DNA from: Trichinella spiralis
Lineage: Eukaryota
Reading direction: 5' to 3'
Length of the DNA: 64,000 nt
NCBI RefSeq assembly: GCF_000181795.1
Contig: NW_003526943.1
Coordinates: 6,214,405-6,278,404 of the forward strand
Shown: piece after piece, positions 26,038 to 45,652 of the stretch
Layout: the number at the start of each line of letters is the position of its first letter
How positions within the stretch are numbered: position 1 is the stretch's first letter
The notes under the pieces: model-generated
What the model was told of the DNA's origin: nothing
What the model saw: only the letters and a program-made list of their open reading frames with translations
Databases searched by the model: none
Made by a program: the position numbers and the translations under genes

Positions 26038-26622
26038 ATGGCTTTGGGAAATTTGACTTTTCTATTTGGCATCGGTGGTGCCACTTGTTCTGGAAAGACG
26101 ACTGTCAGTAAAATTGTTGCGCGTGAATTGGAACTTTTGTCATACAACGTCGATGTGGTCCATCAAGATTCATATTACAAGACTGAATTGGATGATGTTT
26201 ATTTGGCTGATGTGAATTTTTGGAATTTCGATTCAGTCGATGCAGTGGATTTTCCAAAGCTGCTTCAGCGTGTTCAATTGTTGTGTGCTGAAAATTGTTG
26301 TCGGTCGAAAGTTTCGATTATCATTGTCGAAGGGAGCATGATTTACCATTTTCCACCACTGCATGATATGTTCAAGGAGAAATTTTTCTTCACCATTGAC
26401 AAGAACAGCAGCAAGTTGAGAAGAAGAAGAAGACAGTACGAAATTGCGGATGTTGAATGCTATTTTGAAAAGTACGTTTGGCCGTCATATTTAAATTCAC
26501 TGAAGTTGGCTGAAGACAATGCAGACAGTTTTTTATTTGTGAATGGAAAAGATGAGTTGAATGAAAATATTTCATATGTGCTGAGGGAAATTATGAAGCA
26601 CGTTGATGATAATAATAAGTGA
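26038..26622 (+). CDS. NMRK1: Nicotinamide riboside kinase (uridine-kinase-like P-loop), intronless CDS
   Basis: FGIGGATCSGKTT P-loop, VHQDSYYK, NFDSVDAVDF, IIIVEGSMIY, RRRRRQY, YFEKYVWPSY. Confidence 0.88.
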   Translation: MALGNLTFLFGIGGATCSGKTTVSKIVARELELLSYNVDVVHQDSYYKTELDDVYLADVNFWNFDSVDAVDFPKLLQRVQLLCAENCCRSKVSIIIVEGSMIYHFPPLHDMFKEKFFFTIDKNSSKLRRRRRQYEIADVECYFEKYVWPSYLNSLKLAEDNADSFLFVNGKDELNENISYVLREIMKHVDDNNK

Positions 26623-27662
26623 TCGGGAATATTATTGTTCAACATCCAACCCACTTTGTGAACGCCACTACTCACTCACTCAATTATTGAAGAATTTGAA
26701 CAATAATATATTAATTTGCATTCATTGCGCGTATGTTGATTTTGTTAGTGTACTACATATATATATATATTTATTTCTTGGGGCATTTTTCAAATCGTTT
26801 ACAATCGAATGAATGAATGCAACAAAACAGATGATGGAAATTCAATGCGATGAAAATGAACAACTTTACGAATCTCATCAGTCATACAGAAACTACGCTC
26901 TGGTACTATATACTGTTGCCAGTCGGGATCGCCAGTCGTGTCGAAACTACCAAAATGTATCATTGAAAACGGTATATTAACAATTTTTTTTCTAATCAAT
27001 TAATAATATTTCAAAAGTTATTTGGTTTTCTTTTCGGTTTTGTCGAGAAAATTTGTTGATAAAGCAGCAACTGATTTTATTTTCTTCAATATTTGGAATG
27101 GAAATTTTCACTTGCTTACACCTTTGTATGTAAGTAGAAAACAGAAGTAAGTTTTCAAGAAAATTATTATCATATTTATACAAGAAAATTACTACTCTAC
27201 GACGATATCAACTCATCAACAATTTCGGTAAAAAAAAACTGTCGGCATACAATTTCAACTCTAAAACCAACAAATATGCTTTTCGATTTTAAAATTCGGT
27301 AAATAATGTTTCAAAAAAAAAGATCAGCTTTATTGTAATAATAATAATAATAACAATAGTCCATACAACAAGCACAAGTACAGAGATGAAAAAAGAAAGA
27401 AACAATCATATGACACAGTCAATTTTATTTATCAAAATTCATGTCCACTACAAATAATATCAAGCATGCATCGAATAAACTGGATACTGTGATTAAAAAA
27501 AATATCTGATTAAACTCTTTAAAATTCCCCAAATAATATATATAAATAATCATTCTGAGGCAAAATGAAGAATTTACAAAAAAGAAAAACCGAAAAAAGA
27601 AAAACTTTATTTTCATTCACTGACGCTGAAAGCGTGAGAAACGAGTAAACAAAGAAAAAAAA

Positions 27663-30600
27663 TTAGCATTGATCAACCTTTTCAGCAGCAATAGCAGCAG
27701 CGCTTGTCCTGCCGACCACCTCTTCGGATGAACCCTTAATAGCGGTCAAAATAGACTTGACCAAATTTTCGCAAGGCAGTGTTGGCTTTATCGTCGTTGA
27801 GCGTGCAGATTGCAAACTTTTACTCTGCTCTTCCAATTTTACCACCACTTCTTTCATCAGTTTCACTTCACCTTTCTCCGTCTCTGTCCCTGTTGTACCA
27901 ATAACTGTTTTCTTCTCTTCCAAAAAGGTAAGCGCAGTGTTCTTAAAAACAAACAAAAAAAACAACCGGATATAATGCTTCTTTAGTTAGTGCTTTAGTT
28001 TCACAAATTTACATTTACCGAAAAGGAAGATGATGCCGATTCTATTCCAGCATCTTGATAACACAACGGATGATAGACCTATAATAATAGAGAATTGGGG
28101 AAAAAAATTTTTTTTTCCAAAAAGACTAATACTTTAATAATTCTGTGTTCAACTGACAAAAAAAAGAGACAAACCTTTCCGTCTACAAGCATCGCGTTGC
28201 GCAATTTCCAAACTTCCTCATCCCCATCCCAGAATTGTTCAAAAGTCTCATTGCAAACTTGACAAATCTGTGAAAGAAGAAAAAAAAACGAATATTATAT
28301 TACATTATAATATTATTGAGCAACTTTTCCACTTGCATAGTTTTTACCTGTTCCTCATCTGTAGCGGGAATTACTGAATTGGTTTTAGCAACAAAACCTC
28401 GCGATCGACCACTTTTCTCATCCCTATTCGCTTCAAATACTGAACTGCGAACTAAAAAAACAACACCAATAATTAATTTATTTATTATAATTATATGAAA
28501 AACATATACACACAAAAAAACTACCTTTCTTCGATATATCTTCTCCAAATTCTTCGTAATTGATCCAATCCTAATTACAGAATCATTTGTGAAGCGGACG
28601 ACAACATGGAAGAAGAAAATTACAAAACATACTTCAGATGCAAGATACCACGGCCTGGATGAAGCAGTAATGCCGGCCTTTTCTCTGCGATTCATCTTAA
28701 AATGCCAGTCCAAATGTTTGGAATACTTTTGACTATCGCCAACTGCAAAACGCATTCCGCATGTACTGCATTGTATTTTGTTTTGATACAGTGCATCGAT
28801 CAAACTCTGATAGCGTCTAGCAAAATAACAACAAGGGGAAGAGATAGGTTATATTGTGAATATTGAGAAAAGAAAAAGGCAAAGAAAATAACATTACACC
28901 CACATTTTTAAGTATTTCATGTTGAAAGTTTTCAACTCAGTGGTCGGCTCTTTGCGTCGTTCGACAGTCTCATCGTCTGGAAACCAAGTTGTTACTGGCA
29001 TTGGCATTGCAGCTGCCGCCGATGCTACTGTTGACGGTTTAACAGAATGCGGATTGTCGGGTAAAAGTCCCACCTGTTTTATCCTGTTCAATAATGCCCT
29101 AATTGCGTCGGGAGTCATCTGCGATGGGGCAGTGGCACCGGCGGCACCACCACCACCGCCAACATTGACGGAAACACTGCTATTACTGCTAGTATTACTA
29201 ATGGCGCCGGTATTGACGTGTGCTACTACTGCTGGCGGAGGCTTTGGTATCTCAATGTTTGCAGCAACAGGCTCGCAACGATTGTTGTTTTGCAATCGTT
29301 TGCCAATATTCAAGGACGCCCTGACATCCTGGCGCATCATACCACGTCTGCCCATGTGACCCGAGTGCAAAAAACGCAACAATTCGTAAGAAGGTTCGGT
29401 GTCGATTTTCACTTCCGGCGGTGGGCCACCGAGTAGAATGGAATGTTTCACTCCATTCACTTTGATGAAAATCGGCGGTCCACCGAAAATCCCCCGCAAC
29501 GGCACGTTGCCGAAATACAATTCCCGTGCCGGCGCACCGAATCGTATCACAACTGGCTGACCGTCCAGTGTAATAACGCGCGACTCGCCGAAAGCCAAAT
29601 TGTACGCAATGCCGTCGACGATCACTTCCTTCGCGCATCCCGTAAAGCTAATTCGATGAGGAAGACCGTTCCTCTCGATTACTGCTACCTCGTCAACGTA
29701 GCGCACCTCGTAGCCGTGCCCGTCGACGAATATACGATCATTCGACGGCCCGCCTGTTTTACTTTCACTAAGGTCGATTTCTATCGACATCGGAGGCGCC
29801 TTGCACTCCTGTTCCGGCAATGCTAACAAACTGACCCCTGAAGTTGAAGCTGGCGCTTGAATTGGAGTCACTAACCTACCAGCACTGCCCAACGTTTTAC
29901 TATTAACTGAAACTTCCGGATTCCACACATCGCCAACAATCATCGATCTAACAGAATTCATTGGCGCGTCAGGAGGCCGAACACGGCCAATTACATCAGT
30001 GAGATCACGAATCAAATCGTCATATTCTCGCTGATTCAAGATTCCATCGGCAAGTTGCTTTTGGGCTCTTTGGAAAATTATCGCTCGGTTCTCTAAAGCG
30101 CTGTTTACTGGCGTCGTCATTGGCGTCACCAACGGACCAGGGGAACGGGATCGATACTCCATTCCATCCATGGGATTCACGCTGACCGAAACCGCTGAAG
30201 TCGCAGGTCGTAGTGGAACTGGTGGAAATTTCAAACCATCAACACCGAGTCCGCGTTCTTGATCACTCTCATTGCCAAACAGTGAACTAAAAAAAAATAA
30301 AAACTGTTATAAATATATATTTGAAAAATACAAAACAAACTGATGCTGACCTGTTGGAAAGAGGTGCTTTCGGCTCTTCCAAATCGACGGGAACAGGCGG
30401 CGGTTTGTAGGGGCGTTCTTTCTTTGCAACAGGCATCGGCAACGACGTGTCTTCGTTGTGCAATCGAGATTTTTTCGAATCGCCATGCAAACGCCCTGAT
30501 TCTCGAACATCGCTGCTACTCAACATCGCTGATGATGAACCACCCTTCTTCACACTCTGAAATTTCCATTTATCTTTTTTCACTTAAAAAATCAAAATTC

Positions 30601-33600
30601 AAAAAAAAACCAAAATATCACCGATGATACCGCCGGTCTGGATGAGGAAGAGGAAGAGGTATGTGATTTATCCATACGTAACGACCTATCACTGTCGTAC
30701 CTGCGACGAACAGGCGGAGACCTACGGCGACGTCCAACTGGAGACAAGAGCGGTGAACGGGATCGTTCGTCACGTGAAAATCTTCTACCACGACCATCCC
30801 GATCAATCTGCCCTGTAAAATCAGCTTTCACGTTAGTCAAATACATATTACTTTAACTAAATGGTAGAAAAAATCCAATTGTTCCATTGCCCATACTTGA
30901 CCGATGACTATGCCTAGAACGTTTTTCAACACTTGATCGAGGAGAATAGTCTGGGGAACGAGTATGACGACGTCGATCCCTTCTTTCACTGCTACGTCTT
31001 GAGCTACTAAAGTTTTTCGTATCATGTAAAGATTTCTTCGAGTATTCAGTGTTTCTAGTCGACAACTGGTTAGGCAACTTTTCGTCATTTGACTGTTTGT
31101 TCACTGTCTGACTTTGAACTTTTGACGGTGGCTCATCATCCATCTCTACTATATCAACCACCACTATGGGATCGTCAGAACTTTCACCTGCTTCTTCTTC
31201 ATCAACAGAAATAAACGTCTGATCTGGTGATTCAGATGGTAACTGAGAATGAGGTGAAAGCGAATCATGTTCATCACAAACTACATATGAAGAAATCGAC
31301 TGAAAGCTTTCAACGCTACAACAGTCTGACTCAACAAAATTCTCGTTCTCCTTCGATGACAAAAATGGTGCCGACGTTTTGGATGTCGAACGCAACATCG
31401 GATTGTCCTTTAATGATACTCTTTCTTTACTGCTTAATTTCTCCTTATTTTCTACGTCTCTGACAGATAAGTCAACCTGAAAAGAAATACACAGTTAAGC
31501 GACATAATTATAATATAAAAAAAACAAATATATTAAAATTAAACAGTATAATCACTGACAGTATATACATACCGGTTTCTTATTAATTCTCAAAGGCCCC
31601 CCAACAGAAGCTATCATATTTTCACGTGTTTTTTGCAATTCTTCTTTCAATCGCACTAACTCTTCACAGCGCACTTTCTCAGCAGTAATTTGTCCCTCCG
31701 AAGAAACAACCATTCCTTCTGATATTTCTTGCTGCTCAGAAACTTTCTGACCTTTCTAAAAATACAATGTGGCACTTTCAATTGTCACAATTTGCCAATA
31801 ATAATATTAATAATCTAATAACATTAAAATTGTTGAGATATATTCAAAAATTTGTCATCTGAATTGAGATAAAATGTTTGAAATAGTAAAACGACACCCG
31901 CCCACAGCGAAATTTTGTAAAACAAAAAACTACAGTATGACGTAAAATAAAATCAAGTACAAATATCACAATACCTTATTAATATTTACTTCCTCCTACA
32001 AACAAATAACACATATTTAATTTCATTTATTCACTTAAAATAACCAATCAACAAATTTAAATTACAAGATCAATTTTCCAATGCCAAGAGACATTACCAA
32101 TATAATCTTAAAGTCATCTCTAATAATATCACCTGCCAAATCTACACTTATTCTCAAAAAATTTATAAAGAAATAAATACTTTAAATCATTTGAATTTAC
32201 AAACAAAACTTAATTTTTAATTATGAATTATTCAATCTACACAAAGAAACGAACAAAAAACAATTATAACGAGCAACGTTTCATTATGGCATCAAAACAG
32301 AAAAAATAATTCTTTTAAAACAAGCATGCCAAAATTACAAATATCATATTAACTATCAAAAATAATTTTATTGAATGCGGCTACCCAATTTTTGCGTTTC
32401 CGACTGTGACCAATATTATTATACTATACTGTCAGTGAATAAAAGTACTTCGATTAGATTCCATCTAAACAAACACATTTATATACGTATGCACATATTT
32501 ACTGTTTTACAGTAACCGTTTGTTTTTCCATTGAAAAACGTTGTTACGTCAAAACTGCCGAATGAGAATAAACTTCCTTACAAATATCAGTACTGCTGTT
32601 AATTAAACAACCAATAATGCTACATAATGACTATTACTAATTAAGTCCAAAACATTCTTATTAAATATTTGAAAACTTTCAATTAATAATTTTAAAGTTC
32701 TTTTATAATAAGACCAAGCAGTGCGACAACAGTTAATGCACTAGGCACAAACCTTGTATAATAAATCATATAAACAATGTATTTTATTCACGAGAAATTT
32801 TTTTTGATATGAATAAGTTTTACAATTAACACTGAAATAAAAAAGTCGCATCTTCAATAAAATTTCTTAACATCATCAACTTATGGAAAGCGGCATGACA
32901 ATAAAAAATGAATGCCTAATTCAGTTATTTCGCAAAATGCAAAGAATAACATTTTTTATTTGTAATTAAAAAAATTAAAATATACCTGATCTATAAACTT
33001 TGGATTAACGTGAACGTGCTTTGTGGATGATGATGAACTAGATGAATTTACAACATTGGCAGCTGATGCTTTCAGCTGATTAGGATTCTGTAATGGCCAA
33101 GCAGGATCGATTTCGTGTACTTTTATATCTATGCCGTATAGCTTGGATGCAGGAAAAATATTCGGCCACGTTGTTCGTAAACGATACAACGCTTGACGCG
33201 TTTTCTCATCAACCTAAACATTCCAAAAAATGATGAGGATCTTTCTCTTCTTAAATCAAATTACCTGATCAAATACATGAACAAAAATGTTTATTAAATT
33301 TTTTGAAAATAACTCTTTGTATTGAGTGTCTGGACAATTCTTCACAATTGAGTCAATTAAATACAAAACCGGGAGCTTTTGATTAGTAGTAACCTGGAAC
33401 ACATATTAATTTAGAACAAATTCTTGCGCCACTTTGCACTGCTTTGGCAAAAATGCTGCGTAGTTTTGCAAGCCCTACTGCATCCGTTTCTCAAACGTGT
33501 TTTGCGTCAGTTTTTAATAGGCGCAAAGAGAAACAAAATCAAAAAATTACAATTTTCTTTTATAATGAAGTACATTCGTAAAAACAAAACAGAGCAATAC

Positions 33601-33798
33601 GCGCAACAAAACAGTACAATGCATAAGAAAATCTTCAACCTTTTGAATATGCGATTCAACAAGTTGCACAATTTTTGGAGCAAAGCGCTGGCTTTCTTCA
33701 GCTAACATCGTTAACATGTTGATGTGTGGCTTGCTGTTGCATTCCAATTCTTGGAGGGAAGTATAGTAGTCCGAAATGACGTCCTCTTCCGTCGTCAT
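27663..33798 (-). CDS. PCF11: Pre-mRNA cleavage factor II subunit PCF11
   Basis: N-terminal CID (DYYTSLQELECNSKPHINMLTMLAEE, KLPVLYLIDSIVKN, LRTTWPNIFP...DPAWP, HVHVNPKF). RS-rich middle, GGPP-rich beta region, and C-terminal zinc fingers (CSTCGMRF...HLDWHF; CQVCNETFEQFWDGDEEVWKL...YHPLCY). Confidence 0.93.
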
Positions 33799-35348
33799 TG
33801 CACACAAAACAAAAAGAATTAATTATTGCAGCTATAAAAAAACAATTTTATAATTTATAAATTAAATGTTCATGTACTAACCAAAATTAATAAAATAATT
33901 CACTCACCACCGACAAATTCACACCAACAAACCTAACAACCGACCGACTTCAACAAAAATGACGCAACTCATACATACACAATATGATCATGAAAATCTT
34001 TTACCTTTTCTTGAGGTATACTGTAATATGTTACATATTTTTGTTATGAAAGATTTTCAATTTATTAGTGAGTTTCAAATATTATCTTAATAATAAAATA
34101 ATATAGAATTGTCTAATCATAAATTTTTTATTTTTATTTGTTTATCAAGCTGTTTTTTATGAAAAATAAAATAAAAATTAGCACTCAAACACAGCATTTA
34201 CAGACACTGGTCAATCACAGAATTTACATCTTCGTGAGATTAGCATTAAAAATACATTAAATAAAAATATATTATATTATAAAATTAAATAAGTTCAAGT
34301 TTTTCAAATTTTGACATTTTTTTCACAACACCAAAAAACGGTACAGTAAAAGAAGATTATTCAAGTACTTATATCTATATAATTGTGAATGTTCTTATGT
34401 TGTCATCATTCAAACAATGCAGTTCATTGAATGAAATCTTTAAAATTTTCAATTTTCTGTAAAATTTGTTTGCATCAAATGTAGTTCAAATCTGTTGATT
34501 AGCATTTAAATGATTCCTAAATTTGTTTCCAATAGCATCTTACTATAAACGTATGTTTATAAATTGCTATAAAAGTATGCTGTGCAGAAAATCTGAAAAG
34601 CAAAGTAAAAGAAACAAAGCTAAAAAAATTAAAATACGAAATCCTTAAAGATTTACATTGTAATGTAAAGATTGTGCTTTAAATGAGAACAGAATTTTGA
34701 ATATCAAACAACCCAAATATGTCACAGAATTTCATTTAAAAGATTTCATATATATTTAATAAGCTCAAGAAGTAAAAACATGATTGCATAAATGAATCAT
34801 TGGCTTGGAGGAGATGCACACATTTTTCTTGCATTTTACAATGTTCTAAAAGTAAAAAAATAAATTCATTTTAAATAATAGTTGAATTATAAATTAAGGC
34901 TTTTTCAAAAGATAGATTATTAGTTTCACATGCTCATAAGCTATTACAATTCACGGTTGTGAAAGATTTCTGCTAAATAAATATTAAATATCTAGGTTTT
35001 AAAAAATTGGTTAATTGCTAAAAATCAAATTTCAATAATATCCTTTAAAAATCAAAGGTAGAAACAGATAATGCTTTGCATATTAACAAATAATTTATTT
35101 CTGTCTATAATTGCATCAGTTAAAAGATAGGCGAACATTTAACATTTCGTTCAAAATAAAAGAAATCAATTATCCACTCATTATTAAATACTTCTGAAAA
35201 ATAATGATGACGTAAGTAAAGAAAGTCTACAGTGAAAAAATGAATATTGATGCTTAAGTACATTTACTTTTTCTTCTGTAAAATTTAGAGATCTACAGTA
35301 CATTTGCTATTTCATACTTTTCCTTGTGTCCATGTCTGTCCTTACACT

Positions 35349-41668
<6,320 letters not shown>

Positions 41669-42310
41669 AGCTATTGTATTATTAAGCCGCTCGGTTATTT
41701 TATCCTGTTTATTTTTTTCTTCCTTCTTCAATGATTATACCCAAGCTATCCGTCCTGCTGGTCCCACGATATTGTTGTCTTTTGTTTTCTTCCGAATATC
41801 CTCAAGTTTTAATTATTATGAGTATTATTATTATCTAAATATTCTGGTGCAAAGGATTTGTCAGTTTAGAGGCATTTTGGAGTTGGTATTTCCTCTGATA
41901 GCCATCAAAACTGAGGCAATCACTGTTAGTCGAAGCAGCGGACAGTCACATGATCACAGTAAAAAATTTTTGAATTGTCTTCATTTTATTAGATTTTTTC
42001 CTTGTTTTTTTGAAACGCTCATTTCTGTTTTTCAATTTATTTATTTAAAGCAACTGTTTTTTTTCTACTGTTGTTGCGAATCAGATTCCCCGGCGCTTTT
42101 ATTATAAATGCTTTTTGCATAGTAGTGTTGTGACTGTTCATGGCTTGCAGAATGTTTCTTAAGTTTGTTCACAGTAAGCTATTATTACTATTATTTATTA
42201 TCAGTCATTTTTATTTTTATAATTATTATGTTTCGGAAAAGTATTAATTTTTTTGTAAATTATACATAGTGTCTCATAATTTTAAACGGGATTTAATAGA
42301 GCTGCTGAAG

Positions 42311-44775
42311 TTAGTCGCTGACTTCAGGTGCTTTACGTTGCGAGATTACGTTTTTAATAAAATATTCTCCAGCTCTGTAAGAAGAACGAACCAAAGGACC
42401 ACTGGCTACGTACAAAAAGCCCAACCGTTTTCCCACATTTTTCCAGTGTTCAAATATTTCCGGTCTTATGTACTCTTTGACCAGAAGATGTCGTCTAGTG
42501 GGCTGCATGTACTGGCCGATGGTCAAGCAGTCGACTTGATGCGTGCGAAGATCTTCCATCGTCCGAAGAATCTCATCTTCAGTTTCGCCCAATCCGACCA
42601 TCAGAGAAGATTTGGTGACCAAATTTTTGTTGAACACTTTTGCCAGTCTGAGGCAGCGCAACGACTGGTCGTATTTGGCCCGGGTATCCCGGACCAGTGG
42701 AGTCAAGCGGGGGACGGTTTCAACGTTGTGGGCATAGACGTCGATTCCACTGTTGGCCATCAAGTTTATGCACTGTTCGTTGGCGGAAAAATCCGGCAGA
42801 AGAGTTTCGATGATAATTTTCGGATTTTGGCGCTTTATCTCTTTTACCGTCTTGCAAATGTGAGACGCTCCGCCATCTTCCAAATCATCCCTACAGGTAA
42901 AATTCAAATGGAAGCTGCCGCTTTTTAATTCAAATTTTGAAATTTACAAAATTGTTGTTTCTCATGAAAATTAAAATAAACCTCACTCATTCGAATATTC
43001 CATTACAAAAAGCAGCTTCAATTATATAAAAAGAACAATAAATTATTGTTTTCATAATATCAAACATATATTTACGGTGTATTTAATTTATAAAAAGCAC
43101 TGTCGATAAAAAAAAAGATAATCAATCACCTATCCACTGAGGTTAGAACGACGTAGTCGAGATTCCAATCGACAATTGCTTTGGCTGTATTCTCGGGTTC
43201 GCTGGGATCTGGAGGAGACGGATTACGAAACGTCTTCACCGAACAAAATCTAAATACTCCATTCAGGTGGACGAAAAGCAAAAAAAAATTTTAAATTGCT
43301 TTCAAATACACCAATACCTGCATGCTCTTGTGCACGTGTCGCCCAAAAGCATAACCGTGGCTGTGGCAATTTTCTCTTCGCTTCCACCCCAGCACTCTCC
43401 AATATTTGGACACTTCGCTTCTTCGCATACTGTATTCAAGTTTAGCTTTCGTAATGATTTTTTCAAATTATGAAATGCGGAACCGACAGGAATTTCTTGC
43501 TTTAACCAAGGTGGCAAACGTAACCGTTTATCGCCTTTATCTAATTTCAGTTTCTCTGTCCAAGTGTCTAAAGATAAATTTACAAAAGTTTAAAATAACG
43601 TTACATGAACTGTTGTGCTGTTAATTAACATTCAATAAAACTTATCAAAGACAAGTTGATTCTAAATCAAAAATGCCAAAAACTGAAGAAATGAATACAA
43701 AAAGCGGAAAATTAAACAAACTAATGTTGTTAAATAGTCAACTTTAATTTAAAAATAACGCATTCAATCACAACCAAAAAATTATTCTAATAAAAATAAC
43801 AAACCTTCACTGACAACGTTATGAAAATAACATGTAAAAGTTCAAATACTCTTAAATTTACAACAAAAGAAAGAATGAGAAAAATAAAAGAGAATGAACA
43901 AAGTAAGAAACGTCAATCCCATTTAAAACCATAAACAAAACTACCTTCAACTGAACAAACTTTTCTTAAGCCCTCCACAATCTCAACCCACAGAAAATAT
44001 CGGACGATGGATATCCCCAAAGTCCTTCAACAAAAAATTTTTGACACACTTAAGTGTCAGTTTAGTTATTTACCTTGACAAATACGGTAAATTCGTAACA
44101 ACATCACTACACAGTAAGCCTTACTAACCGGAAAAATCAAAGCAAATAGTTGGGTTTTATAAAACGCTACCAATACCAAAGCGAAACAAAGCAATTACTA
44201 TTTATGAAGTAAATTTGTTTCAAAAAATTAAACTAACGTTACTATGCCCTAAACAATATCGAATGGCTTTTATTCCTAAAGAAAAAAAAATATAATTTTC
44301 TACTTTGTTATCAAAAAACTAATCATTTTGTTAATGCTAACAGAAACAGAAATAATGAACAGAAACAGAAATTGATTATCATGCAAAGAATAATATAAAT
44401 AAACAATTAATATATGAATAAAAAATAATATATATATATAACATATATGTTTGTGTGTAACTATGCAAATAAGCTAATGTATTATCGGTTTCATATGCAA
44501 GAAATAAGCACTGGAAATTGCAAACAACAGATATAAACAGAATTCCGAAAAATGTAAAGTAAATTAAAGATCATTTTAACACTTCACTTTTAAAATTAAT
44601 TAATCTTGTTACATAATATTTAAAGGAAAATATTCTTAAAACAACCTTTTAAAAAGTCTTTAAATTCTGGTGCAGAATCGGTGCTTTTGAATGATGAATA
44701 TTTACAATGATATGCAATAGTGTTTCTTAAAAATAATATTTCTGCATTCAATCCAAAACTGCTTAATTTTTGCAT
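42311..44775 (-). CDS. LIAS: Mitochondrial lipoyl synthase
   Basis: Exon 1 MQKLSSFG...APEFKDFLK (presequence-like) splices in phase to [23 protein letters not shown]. Contains [39 protein letters not shown] and [13 protein letters not shown]. Confidence 0.95.
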
Positions 44776-45652
44776 AATTTATGTTAATAAGATTATTTTA
44801 GATTCAGATATTATCAAACATTGTAAATGCCAGTCTTTCTGAAAATCAAGTTCTATCGCTTGTTTTTTTCATTACTATAAGGTTATCAGTTCATTTCATT
44901 TCATAATTATTTTAATTTGTGATTTTGCATTTTTTATTAAATTTTTATGTTTTTTATGCAGTATTTAACTTTTAGCAATGTCATTTAGAATTTTTTTTCT
45001 CAATATTCAAACTCGTTTTCTATTTTTCATATCCATTTTGAGAAATGATGAGCAAATTTGCTAACGGTTTATAATTTTGCATTATTAGTATATTAGAATC
45101 ATTTTTCTGACAGTGCTCAATTTAAAAATAAATTTAAAGTGGACTTACTTTTTTATAACACTTCTTGTCTTATTTAAAATGATACTTAAAACTTTCTAAA
45201 TTACAGTATATTGAACTTACACATTTTCATGATAAAATTAATTGGATTACGTAATTAATTTGAATTCTCAAATTGTGGTTTTGTGACTTGAACTTTTTAA
45301 TACGTTTTTTCTTCCACCATCTCATTATTATTCACTTAATCCTACAATAAAATATAAATTTTACACCATTTCATGCTCTTCAGTTTGCCGTTTTTGCATG
45401 TTATGTTAAATTTATACTACTGTATTTTAATATTTTTAATTTAATGTTCTATACTTTGAAGTTTGACAGTTGTGCATTATTTTCTCTTTCATTACTGTAA
45501 TTAATTATTTATAAAACTTTATTTATTGCTGCAAATTTTTTTATGATATTCATTTTTATGCGTTACAAATATATTGCAAAGTTTGATTGCATATATTACA
45601 AATGGAATATTTTTGTTTCTAGTATGTGAATTGTTTGTTAAATTTTTTAGAT

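Noticed and set aside
26799..26999. 66-aa minus-strand ORF downstream of PCF11
   Set aside because: No homology recognised; probably PCF11/NMRK 3' flank.
35038..35348. ATATCCTTT (U12-type 5' splice site) upstream of OGT, with tccttacac before the ATG
   Set aside because: Branch-point match and spacing to an AC acceptor are poor, and no exon context supports it. The annotated introns I inspected are GT-AG.
42269..42928. 219-aa plus-strand ORF, and similar antisense ORFs over cyclin T, PCF11, ALKBH4 and Epac exons
   Set aside because: Shadow ORFs opposite real GC-richer coding exons.
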